This document shows positions 1 through 6,979 of a stretch of 64,000 nt of DNA, one piece after another. The notes below the pieces were generated by a model that saw only the letters and a list, made by a program, of their open reading frames with translations, did not search any database and was not told the DNA's origin. The translations under genes were made by a program, and so were the position numbers. The first letter of the stretch is position 1. Each line of letters begins with the position of its first letter. Source of the stretch: Candidatus Staskawiczbacteria bacterium (GTDB lineage Bacteria > Patescibacteriota > Minisyncoccia > Minisyncoccales > Staskawiczbacteraceae); the NCBI GenBank assembly GCA_903845295.1, contig CAIMWV010000015.1:6354-70353 (forward strand), in the 5' to 3' direction.

Positions 1-1
1 C

Positions 2-142
2 TTGTGCCATATATCTGAATTTGAATCAAAAGAGAAAATGGAAGAGCAGATGAAAGTCGGAGAAACTTACGACTTCCAGGTTTTGTTAATAGAGCCGAAG
101 GAACATAGAATGAGCTTAAAATTAGTAACTACTCCAAAATAA
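2..142 (+). CDS. C-terminal fragment of an S1 RNA-binding-domain protein (5' end outside window)
   Basis: Frame 2 is open from the window edge to TAA 140-142. Translation LCHISEFESKEKMEEQMKVGETYDFQVLLIEPKEHRMSLKLVTTPK resembles the end of an S1/OB-fold repeat. Confidence 0.5.
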   Translation: MCHISEFESKEKMEEQMKVGETYDFQVLLIEPKEHRMSLKLVTTPK

Positions 143-151
143 ACGCATTAA

Positions 152-177
152 AAAATCCTCCACTCGGAGGATTTTTT
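152..177 (+). terminator. Rho-independent terminator after the S1-domain gene
   Basis: aaaatcctcc / actc / ggaggatttt stem-loop followed by a T run. Confidence 0.6.
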
Positions 178-341
178 AATTATAATATGGATATGGCGAC
201 CCCGCACCAATTTCAGCGATGGTTTTAGAAATAGTTAGTTTTTCTGCGAAGCACCTTCGGCTGTCACCAAAGTTATATAAGATTATCTGTAAAATTGGTG
301 AAGGGGTTTCGCGGCGGCAAGGAAATTATATTCCGCCGCTC

Positions 342-376
342 AAAAAAAAGAAGCGTTTGCCGAGAACAAACGCTTC
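342..376 (-). terminator. Rho-independent terminator of G+C-rich cassette 1
   Basis: Minus strand reads gaagcgtttg-ttctcgg-caaacgcttc followed by T8, 54 nt downstream of the stop at 430. Confidence 0.6.
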
Positions 377-429
377 ATGAAACTGATGTGCTGTTGCACC
401 TACTGCTGGCTTCTCGGACCAGCTTGTTT

Positions 430-1491
430 CTAGGCTGCTGCCGCTTCTGCGGCCGCGGCCTTTCTAGCCTTCTTGGTCTTGGGCTTCTTCGCCCGAGACT
501 TCCTGGGCTTGGGCTTCGCCACAGGCGCGGTTTCAGCCGGCGGATTCAGAATGGCATCGAATCCGCGGACCAGCATGTGGCCCAGGAGACCGGTCTTCCC
601 AGCCTTCCCGGAAAAAACCAGGCTGGCCGAGATTTGCGGATGGTGTGCCATTGCCTTCCGCGCATTAGCCTCGGCCACCCCCATACCGCCACCGCCAAGC
701 TCGTTGACCACGTCCATGATCAGCAAGCGGTTGTTATAGTACTTGACGAGCAACCTGCACCCTTGATGGGTGAAGGTCTTTCCGGGCCGCTTCTTGTCAT
801 CCACCATTTCGGGCGGAACATCCAAGAAAAATATCCCGTGCTGGCCGGCAATGGCATCTGTCGAGTCAATGTCAGCCTTGCCGACGAACTCATCAATCCT
901 CTCCTGCCGAAACTGCTTGACCGCCTCCTGCGTCCGGCTACGCATATCCCGATAGAGCTGGCGGAATTCGGCGATGTCCTGTCGGCTGATGGGAAGGCCA
1001 TCCGGGAGATTGTACGACACCCCATAGATGGTCGCTGGCTTCTGCTCGCCGTCCCCGAACTTCTTCCAACCGCCGGGCAGGTCGGCTTGGGGGTCGCGCT
1101 CGACACACTTGACCAGAATACCACGGTCGGCCATCTTCTCGAACATGGCCTTACACTGATCGTGGGTCTGAAAGGTCTGACCCAGTTGGTGCCGGAAGTA
1201 CGCCAGCCAGGCCTCCCGTTGGAGCAGTCTGTCTCCTGAATTCCAGAGGCAGCTGTCGCTGTACAGCCAGTCCTCCAACTCTGGCGCATTCGACAACGCC
1301 TGGCCGGCGGCGTCAGCATCCTCGTACTCCCAGATCGCCGGCATTGCCTCGTCGAACCACTCGCGCAGGGTTTTGATTTCACCCGCTCGGGCCTTTCGCT
1401 CTTCGGCCGCCTTTTTCGCCGAGACCACCTTGGGTCTCGCACGTTTACTGCCCGAGCTCAGCTCGGGGTCTGACTTTTTTGCTGGAGGCAT
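430..1491 (-). CDS. Hypothetical protein, 353 aa, G+C-rich foreign-looking gene with Lys/Arg/Ala-rich tails at both termini
   Basis: Long minus-strand ORF (track 430..1533), trimmed to ATG 1491, which has GGAGG 6 nt upstream. It has its own promoter and terminator. No family recognised. Confidence 0.7.
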   Translation of the reverse strand: MPPAKKSDPELSSGSKRARPKVVSAKKAAEERKARAGEIKTLREWFDEAMPAIWEYEDADAAGQALSNAPELEDWLYSDSCLWNSGDRLLQREAWLAYFRHQLGQTFQTHDQCKAMFEKMADRGILVKCVERDPQADLPGGWKKFGDGEQKPATIYGVSYNLPDGLPISRQDIAEFRQLYRDMRSRTQEAVKQFRQERIDEFVGKADIDSTDAIAGQHGIFFLDVPPEMVDDKKRPGKTFTHQGCRLLVKYYNNRLLIMDVVNELGGGGMGVAEANARKAMAHHPQISASLVFSGKAGKTGLLGHMLVRGFDAILNPPAETAPVAKPKPRKSRAKKPKTKKARKAAAAEAAAA

Positions 1492-1568
1492 GAGCCCCCT
1501 CCTTCCCTGGGCCGTAGCCCAAAAAGATCCCAAACTGTCAAAATGCTTCCTTAACTTAACATAATCAT

Positions 1569-1597
1569 ATTATAGCAAATTTATATGTCTTTGTCAA
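1569..1597 (-). promoter_or_regulatory. Consensus sigma70-type promoter driving cassette 1
   Basis: Minus strand TTGACA (1597-1592), 17-nt spacer, TATAAT (1574-1569), about 70 nt upstream of ATG 1491. Confidence 0.55.
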
Positions 1598-1619
1598 GTC
1601 TCCACCATACAAATAATGC

Positions 1620-1648
1620 TTGCTATAAAACGTATAGATTTATATAAT
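1620..1648 (+). promoter_or_regulatory. Candidate promoter upstream of ftsH
   Basis: TTGCTA, 17 nt, TATAAT. A second extended -10 (TGgTAAATT, 1742-1750) lies 7 nt before ATG 1758. Confidence 0.4.
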
Positions 1649-1757
1649 TTTTTAATAAACCCAATAAATAGCACTGACGGAATAGTGAAGACTCAAGGGT
1701 TTCTACTATTCTTCTGCTTTATTGAATTTATTTTAAAAATATGGTAAATTATTTTAT

Positions 1758-3605
1758 ATGAACCCATTACTTAAAAATTTTATATTTGTCATTTTAATTC
1801 TTCTTGTTGTCGGAGGGATTTTTAGCTTGCTTTATTTCCCGACTTCAACCCCGAATGAAATATCTGCCACGCAATTAATTTCTGATATAAACAATAATAA
1901 AGTCAAAAAAATTACCGTCTCGGGAGATATATTGAACATTGTTTACACTGATAATAAAACCGCGATTTCAATGAAAGAATCCGGCACAGGATTAACGGAC
2001 TTATTGATAAACTTGGGGGTCAACAAAGACAGCCTTCAAAAAGTTGAAATTTCAGAACAGCCGGCCCAGCAGGATTTATGGTCCTGGCTGACCCCGCTTT
2101 TAGTCTTCGGCATTTTGCCCCTAATTGTGTTTGGATTTTTCTTCTGGACAATGATAAGGCAGGCAAAATCCGGCGCAGTTCAGGTATTTGATTTTACAAA
2201 AGCCAAAGCCCGCCTTTTCGGAGCCGAAGGCCATGGAAAAGAAAAAATAACCTTTAAAGATGTGGCCGGATTAAAAGAGGCAAAGGAAGAGCTGGTTGAA
2301 ATTGTTGACTTTCTGAAGTTTCCTAAAAAATATCTGGCAATGGGAGCCAAAATCCCAAGGGGAGTTTTGCTTGTAGGAGCAGCCGGAGTCGGAAAAACCT
2401 TATTGGCAAGAGCTGTTGCCGGCGAAGCCAATGTGCCGTTTTTATCAGTTTCCGGATCAGAGTTTGTGGAAATGTTTGTTGGCGTAGGGTCCGCCCGCGT
2501 CAGGGATTTATTTGCAACAGCAAAAAAATCTGCCCCATCGATAATCTTTATTGATGAATTGGATGCAATCGGGCGCCACAGAGGAGCCGGCATTGGCGGA
2601 GGGCACGATGAAAGAGAACAGACGTTAAACCAGATTTTAGTTGAAATGGACGGATTTGAGAAAGAAACGGGAGTTATAATTTTAGCCGCCACAAACAGGC
2701 CGGATATTTTAGACCCTGCTCTTTTAAGGCCCGGAAGATTCGACAGAAAAATCGTTTTAGATCCGCCGGATGTCCATGACAGAGAGGAAATTCTTAAAAT
2801 CCATTCAAAAGGAAAACCATTGGGAAAAGATGTTGATTTCAAAGAAACTGCCGAGAGAACTCCCGGATTTACCGGAGCTGACCTGGCCAATGTTGCCAAC
2901 GAAGCCGCTTTATTGGCTGCCAGACAAAATAAAACCGTTGTTGACCAGAAAGAATTTTTAGAGGCAATTGAAAAAGTTTTGTTGGGGCCTGAGAGAAAAT
3001 CCCATATTTTATCCAAAAAAGAAAAGGAAATAGCAGCATATCACGAAGCAGGACACGCCTTGGTTTCCACATTTATGCCGGATACAGAACCTGTAAGAAA
3101 AATATCGATCATTGCCAGAGGAATGGCAGCAGGATATACATTGCAAGTTCCATCAGAAGAAAGGAAAATGAAAACAAAAACCGGTTTTATGTCAGAAATT
3201 GCCACCCTGCTTGGAGGTTACTGTGCTGAAAAAATAAAGTTCGGCGAAATGACAACCGGAGCTTCAAATGATTTAAGCAGGGCTTCGGAAATGGCAAGGA
3301 AATTAGTCAAAGAATACGGAATGTCGTCTTTGGGCCCGATTTCTTTTGGCGAAAAAGAAGAGCTGGTATTTTTGGGAAAAGAAATTTCTGAACAAAGAAA
3401 TTATTCTGAAAAAGTTGCAGAAAGAATCGATGAAGAAGTTGACGTAATTATAAAAGGAGCGCAGAAACAAGCAGAGATAGTTTTATTAAAACACAAAAAT
3501 TTATTAGACAAGGTGGGAAAAGATTTGATTGAAAAAGAAACCATTGAAAAAGAAGAATTTGAAAGAATAATCGGTGTCCATAAAAATAACAGCAAAAAAT
3601 CATAA
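1758..3605 (+). CDS. ftsH: ATP-dependent zinc metalloprotease FtsH
   Basis: 615 aa. N-terminal TM helices, AAA Walker A GAAGVGKT, Walker B IIFIDELD, zinc motif HEAGHA. Confidence 0.95.
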   Translation: MNPLLKNFIFVILILLVVGGIFSLLYFPTSTPNEISATQLISDINNNKVKKITVSGDILNIVYTDNKTAISMKESGTGLTDLLINLGVNKDSLQKVEISEQPAQQDLWSWLTPLLVFGILPLIVFGFFFWTMIRQAKSGAVQVFDFTKAKARLFGAEGHGKEKITFKDVAGLKEAKEELVEIVDFLKFPKKYLAMGAKIPRGVLLVGAAGVGKTLLARAVAGEANVPFLSVSGSEFVEMFVGVGSARVRDLFATAKKSAPSIIFIDELDAIGRHRGAGIGGGHDEREQTLNQILVEMDGFEKETGVIILAATNRPDILDPALLRPGRFDRKIVLDPPDVHDREEILKIHSKGKPLGKDVDFKETAERTPGFTGADLANVANEAALLAARQNKTVVDQKEFLEAIEKVLLGPERKSHILSKKEKEIAAYHEAGHALVSTFMPDTEPVRKISIIARGMAAGYTLQVPSEERKMKTKTGFMSEIATLLGGYCAEKIKFGEMTTGASNDLSRASEMARKLVKEYGMSSLGPISFGEKEELVFLGKEISEQRNYSEKVAERIDEEVDVIIKGAQKQAEIVLLKHKNLLDKVGKDLIEKETIEKEEFERIIGVHKNNSKKS

Positions 3606-3622
3606 AGGGATTCCCCCTTTAT

Positions 3623-3696
3623 GGGCCTGTAGCTCAGCTGGTTAGAGCACGGCTCTTATAAAGCCGGGGTCGATGGTTCGAGTCCATCCAGGCCCA
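3623..3696 (+). tRNA. tRNA-Ile (anticodon TAT)
   Basis: Manual cloverleaf: gggcctg/caggccc acceptor, anticodon arm cggct-cttataa-agccg, T arm gatgg-ttcgagt-ccatc. 74 nt, no encoded CCA. Confidence 0.85.
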
Positions 3697-3723
3697 CAAA
3701 ATTGAAAAAATTAGTAAAAATAA

Positions 3724-3796
3724 GGGCGCTTAGCTCAGTTGGTAGAGCATTTACTTGACGTGTAAAGGGTCATAGGTTCGAGTCCTATAGCGCCCA
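3724..3796 (+). tRNA. tRNA-Val (anticodon GAC)
   Basis: Acceptor gggcgct/agcgccc, anticodon arm tttac-ttgacgt-gtaaa, T arm atagg-ttcgagt-cctat. Confidence 0.9.
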
Positions 3797-3892
3797 CCGG
3801 GAATTTAAAAATTTGCGAAAACTATGGGTTTGCCCAGTGATAAACACTGGGCGTCGGGTGTTAATCACCCGACGAGTCCTATAGCGCCCACA
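3797..3892 (+). repeat. tRNA-trailing mini-insert ending in a 19-bp duplicate of the tRNA-Val 3' end
   Basis: cgagtcctatagcgcccac occurs at 3779-3797 and again at 3873-3891. Two hairpins (gcccagtg..cactgggc, gtcgggtg..cacccgac) sit just before the second copy, which ends 1 nt before the RluA-family ATG. Confidence 0.6.
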
Positions 3893-4603
3893 ATGAATAT
3901 AAAAATAATTTACGAAGATGATGATGTTCTGGTTGTTGATAAGCCGGCAGGAATTGTAGTTTTCCCGGAGGGTCAAACCAAAGAAAATACCCTGATTGAC
4001 GCTTTAATTGAAAAATATCCCGAGTTAAAAAACACTGGAGAACAGCCAAGATACGGAATTGTGCACAGATTAGATAAAGAGACTTCCGGGGTTTTACTGG
4101 TGGCAAAGAACAATGAAAGCTTGATTTTTCTGCAAAAACAGTTTAAAAATAGAGAGGTAGGAAAGAAATATGTTTGCTTGGTTGAAGGAACGATAAAAGA
4201 GGACAAAGGAGAGATCAAAACTTTAATTGCCAGATCTCCTAAAGACGGGAGGAAACAAAAAGCTTACTCAGAAAATGGACCTCACCCAAAATCAGCCAGG
4301 GAGGCTATAACAGAATATGAGGTTTTAGAAAGATTTAAAGATTATACACTATTAGAAGTTGAGATTAAAACAGGCAGACGCCACCAAATACGGTGTCATT
4401 TTTCTTATTTACATCATCCGATTGCAGGAGATAAATTATACAGTTTCAAAAATTCAAAGATTCCAAAAGGCCTGATGAGGCAATTCCTGCACTCGGCATA
4501 TTTAAAAATCCAATTGCCAAGTGGAGAAATTAAAGAATTTAAATCAGAGCTGCCGGAAGAATTAAACAACGTATTAAAAAATTTACAGCCGGGCGAACAA
4601 TAA
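3893..4603 (+). CDS. RluA-family 23S rRNA/tRNA pseudouridine synthase (RluD-like)
   Basis: Track ORF 3824..4603 trimmed to MNIKIIYEDDDVLVVDKPAG. Catalytic motif HRLDKETSGVLLVAK. Confidence 0.85.
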   Translation: MNIKIIYEDDDVLVVDKPAGIVVFPEGQTKENTLIDALIEKYPELKNTGEQPRYGIVHRLDKETSGVLLVAKNNESLIFLQKQFKNREVGKKYVCLVEGTIKEDKGEIKTLIARSPKDGRKQKAYSENGPHPKSAREAITEYEVLERFKDYTLLEVEIKTGRRHQIRCHFSYLHHPIAGDKLYSFKNSKIPKGLMRQFLHSAYLKIQLPSGEIKEFKSELPEELNNVLKNLQPGEQ

Positions 4604-4692
4604 TGAATTCGGCGTAAATGAGGCATTAATGTATTCGATATATCAGATGGCCTCATTTCCGAAGTAGTCTTATTCGCTTCGCTCACAAGACC
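4592..4692 (+). promoter_or_regulatory. Two-hairpin leader RNA motif, copy A (abuts rplS ATG)
   Basis: Stem cgtaaatgaggc/gcctcatttccg around a conserved loop aatgtattcgatatatca, then hairpin gtcttat..acaagac, then c-ATG. Homologous to copies at 17996-18096, 28149-28251 and 55112-55201. Confidence 0.6.
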
Positions 4693-5127
4693 ATGATAAC
4701 ATTATTAGAAAAATTCAATAAAGACCAATTAAAAGATTTGCCGGAATTAAGGCCTGGCGATACAATTAAAGTATACCAGAAAATAAAAGAAGGAGATAAA
4801 GAAAGAATCCAGATTTTTGAAGGGTTAATTATTGCTAAAAAGCACGGTAAAGGCATTCCGGCCACAATAACCGTAAGGAAAGTTGTTGATGGAATTGGAG
4901 TTGAAAGGGTTTTCCCCATTCATTCCCCCTCTTTAAGCAAAATAGAGGTTGTAAGGCACGGAAAAGTCAGGAGATCAAAACTTTATTACTTAAGGACAGC
5001 TAAAGGACAAAGAGCCAAGCTGAAGAAAAAAGATTTTGCCGTAGCCATTGCCGAAGAACCAGTTACAGAATCGACAGCTCCAGAAAGCCCAACCGAGACC
5101 AAAACATCTGAAAAAAAGTCTGCATAA
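4693..5127 (+). CDS. rplS: 50S ribosomal protein L19
   Basis: 144 aa. [29 protein letters not shown]...[19 protein letters not shown] is typical L19. Acidic/Thr-rich C-terminal extension. Confidence 0.95.
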   Translation: MITLLEKFNKDQLKDLPELRPGDTIKVYQKIKEGDKERIQIFEGLIIAKKHGKGIPATITVRKVVDGIGVERVFPIHSPSLSKIEVVRHGKVRRSKLYYLRTAKGQRAKLKKKDFAVAIAEEPVTESTAPESPTETKTSEKKSA

Positions 5128-5142
5128 TAGGGATCTATATGA

Positions 5143-5227
5143 GCGGACGTGGCGAAATTGGCAGACGCACTACCTTGAGGTGGTAGCGCCGCAAGGCATG
5201 CAGGTTCGACTCCTGTCGTCCGCACCA
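5143..5227 (+). tRNA. tRNA-Leu (anticodon GAG), CCA encoded
   Basis: Acceptor gcggacg/cgtccgc, anticodon arm ctacc-ttgaggt-ggtag, long variable arm, T arm gcagg-ttcgact-cctgt. Confidence 0.9.
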
Positions 5228-5231
5228 CAAA

Positions 5232-5418
5232 GGGCGCTTAGCTCAGTTGGTAGAGCACTTCATTTATTCACCCCGTTAAATTTTGGACGATTAGCTCAGT
5301 TGGCTAGAGCGTCTCACTTACACTGAGAAGGTCGCAGGTTCGAGTCCTGCATCGTCCACCAAAAAATATTTAACGGGGCAAGCTGAAGGGGTCATAGGTT
5401 CGAGTCCTATAGCGCCCA
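5232..5418 (+). tRNA. Interrupted tRNA (identity unclear) whose anticodon region carries a 114-121 nt insert containing tRNA-Val(TAC)
   Basis: The 5' half gggcgcttagctcagttggtagagcacttca (5232-5262) and 3' half tgaaggggtcataggttcgagtcctatagcgccca (5384-5418) form a complete acceptor, D, anticodon-stem (cttca/tgaag) and T-arm set. Confidence 0.5.
5285..5361 (+). tRNA. tRNA-Val (anticodon TAC), CCA encoded, nested inside the interrupted tRNA
   Basis: Acceptor ggacgat/atcgtcc, anticodon arm tctca-cttacac-tgaga, T arm gcagg-ttcgagt-cctgc. Confidence 0.9.
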
Positions 5419-5564
5419 CATTATTAATTTTAAGACGCCGAAGGTGTTTTAAAATTAATAAATAATAGGTTCTATGTGGCGAGAACCTATTCCCCGAATT
5501 GTCCCGAGCCAGCAGGCGAGGGAGCAATGCCTTCGGGCAACTCTTCGAGTCCTATAGCGCCCAC
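5419..5564 (+). repeat. tRNA-trailing mini-insert ending in a 21-bp duplicate of the preceding tRNA 3' end
   Basis: ttcgagtcctatagcgcccac occurs at 5399-5419 and 5544-5564. Internal hairpins are present. The 20-nt motif gcaatgccttcgggcaactc (5524-5543) is identical to 14872-14891. Confidence 0.55.
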
Positions 5565-5574
5565 CAAATTTAAT

Positions 5575-5649
5575 GCCGGAGTAGCTCAGTGGTAGAGCAC
5601 TGCTCTGAAAAAGCAGTGGTCGAAGGTCCGATTCCTTTCTCCGGCACCA
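5575..5649 (+). tRNA. tRNA-Phe (anticodon GAA), CCA encoded
   Basis: Acceptor gccggag/ctccggc, anticodon arm ctgct-ctgaaaa-agcag. The T loop reads tccgatt, which is non-canonical. Confidence 0.85.
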
Positions 5650-5653
5650 GGGT

Positions 5654-5725
5654 GCGGGTGTCGTATAGTGGCTATTATGCAACCTTGCCAAGGTTGAGAC
5701 GGCAGTTCGATTCTGCTCACCCGCT
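5654..5725 (+). tRNA. tRNA-Gly (anticodon GCC)
   Basis: Acceptor gcgggtg/cacccgc, anticodon arm caacc-ttgccaa-ggttg, T arm ggcag-ttcgatt-ctgct. The D stem is weak. Confidence 0.8.
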
Positions 5726-5740
5726 CACCGTAGTTTACAA

Positions 5741-5770
5741 AAAACCACCTTTTAATTGAGGTGGTTTTTT
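5741..5770 (+). terminator. Rho-independent terminator after the tRNA cluster
   Basis: aaaaccacct...aggtggtttttt stem-loop with T run. Confidence 0.6.
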
Positions 5771-5803
5771 GGTAGGATAAGATAATAATTAACAATAAAA
5801 AAT

Positions 5804-6145
5804 ATGGAATTAAAATCAGGGACTATAAAACATTTACAGGAGTATGTCGACGCTAAATTAAAGGAGCGAGGATTTGCTGACGAAACATTACATGAGCGTT
5901 TGTTGCTATTAACTGAAGAACTGGGCGAGTTGGTTAATGCTTGCCGCAAAATCTCCGGCATGAATGTCGATAAAAATAGAGACATAACTAATGAGGCGGG
6001 TGAGGAAATTGCCGATATGATAAATTTAGTTTTTGCCGTTGGTATAGAATTGGGTTTGGATATTGAAAAAGAATTCTTAGAAAAGAATGCCAAAGTAGAC
6101 AAACGCATTTACAAAAGGAGTACCAAAAAAATAAAGGGCGGATAG
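5804..6145 (+). CDS. MazG-like nucleotide pyrophosphohydrolase domain protein
   Basis: 113 aa. LLLLTEELGELVNACRK and EEIADMINLVFAVGIELGLD match the small all-alpha MazG/NTP-PPase pattern. Confidence 0.65.
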   Translation: MELKSGTIKHLQEYVDAKLKERGFADETLHERLLLLTEELGELVNACRKISGMNVDKNRDITNEAGEEIADMINLVFAVGIELGLDIEKEFLEKNAKVDKRIYKRSTKKIKGG

Positions 6146-6367
6146 TTCAGTTGATAGAGCACTTCATTATTGAGCCGCAGGGTAGGGCAATTTAGTTGAT
6201 TTCCGCCCTCTCCACCGACAACCTCCGTATAAAGAACCCTTTATTCTCTATAAAATAGGTTTTAACATCATCCACTATCCCGCTCCAATATAAAAAAAGG
6301 TGCATAAACGCCTCTTTTTTGTTAAAATCACACTCTTGACAGCTGATGCTATTTTGTGTTGTAACTA

Positions 6368-6396
6368 TTGACAAGCCCCCTTTTATATGCTAATAT
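6368..6396 (+). promoter_or_regulatory. Promoter of the 3D-domain gene
   Basis: TTGACA, 17 nt, TAATAT, 32 nt upstream of ATG 6428. Confidence 0.5.
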
Positions 6397-6427
6397 ATAT
6401 GTATACTCCTTTGGGAGTTTTTTAATT

Positions 6428-6910
6428 ATGAATACATCAAAAAACAACGCTATTTTAAGGGGGGAAACCCGCTTAACTGGCTGTATATTTGCGGTTATTA
6501 TAATCGGCATCTGCCTTTTAGGGATAATTATGCCTAGGGCAACCAGCGCTGATTTTACTAATACTACTAATGCTTCATATGTGGCTAAAAATACCAGCTG
6601 GGTGCAAAAAGCTGTAAAAACAATCGATGTTGTGGTTACCGCATATTCAAGCACCCCGGACCAGACAGATGATACGCCTTTCATAACTGCGTCCGGAAAA
6701 TATGTGGCAGATGGCATAATTGCAAATAATATGTTGCCCTTTGGAACAAAAATTAGAATACCGGAACTGTATGGTAATAAAGTGTTCACTGTCCAAGACA
6801 GAATGAATAAAAATAAAAGCAAATACCATATAGACATATGGATGCCAGACAGAATATCTGCAATAAATTTCGGGGTAAAAAATGTTGAAATAGAAATTTT
6901 AGAAAGCTAA
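6428..6910 (+). CDS. Secreted 3D-domain (RlpA/MltA-like double-psi barrel) protein
   Basis: Track ORF 6368..6910 trimmed to MNTSKNN. N-terminal TM/signal segment. VVTAYSSTPDQTDDTPFITASG...FTVQDRM...IDIWM is typical of 3D-domain proteins. Confidence 0.75.
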   Translation: MNTSKNNAILRGETRLTGCIFAVIIIGICLLGIIMPRATSADFTNTTNASYVAKNTSWVQKAVKTIDVVVTAYSSTPDQTDDTPFITASGKYVADGIIANNMLPFGTKIRIPELYGNKVFTVQDRMNKNKSKYHIDIWMPDRISAINFGVKNVEIEILES

Positions 6911-6979
6911 TATTCTAAACAAAAAACCGCCGCTAAATGCGCCGGTTTTTTGTTTATATGTGAAGATATATTATTATTT

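Noticed and set aside
295-1239. 314-aa plus-strand ORF (also 473..739, 770..955 and minus-strand 720..1442) inside G+C-rich cassette 1
   Set aside because: These are shadow ORFs typical of G+C-rich DNA. Their translations are Arg/Leu/Pro/Gly-rich and low in complexity, and they have no SD or promoter. The 430..1491 frame has a promoter, SD and terminator.
2180-3016. 278-aa minus-strand ORF inside ftsH, and the many other 60-190 aa antisense or overlapping ORFs in the track (for example 19835..20404, 8179..8526, 33802..34150, 42368..42772)
   Set aside because: They are entirely contained within confidently identified genes on the other strand or in another frame. Their Ser/Phe/Leu-rich translations are typical of antisense AT-rich coding DNA.
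3824-3892. N-terminal extension of the pseudouridine synthase ORF (track start 3824)
   Set aside because: The extension is encoded by the tRNA-derived repeat. The family-typical N-terminus (M.IKIIYEDDDVLVVDKPAG) starts at 3893.
5048-5795. ORFs 5048..5326, 4986..5228, 5318..5527, 5455..5691 and 5586..5795 across the tRNA cluster
   Set aside because: They run through five tRNA genes and tRNA-derived repeats. They are spurious.
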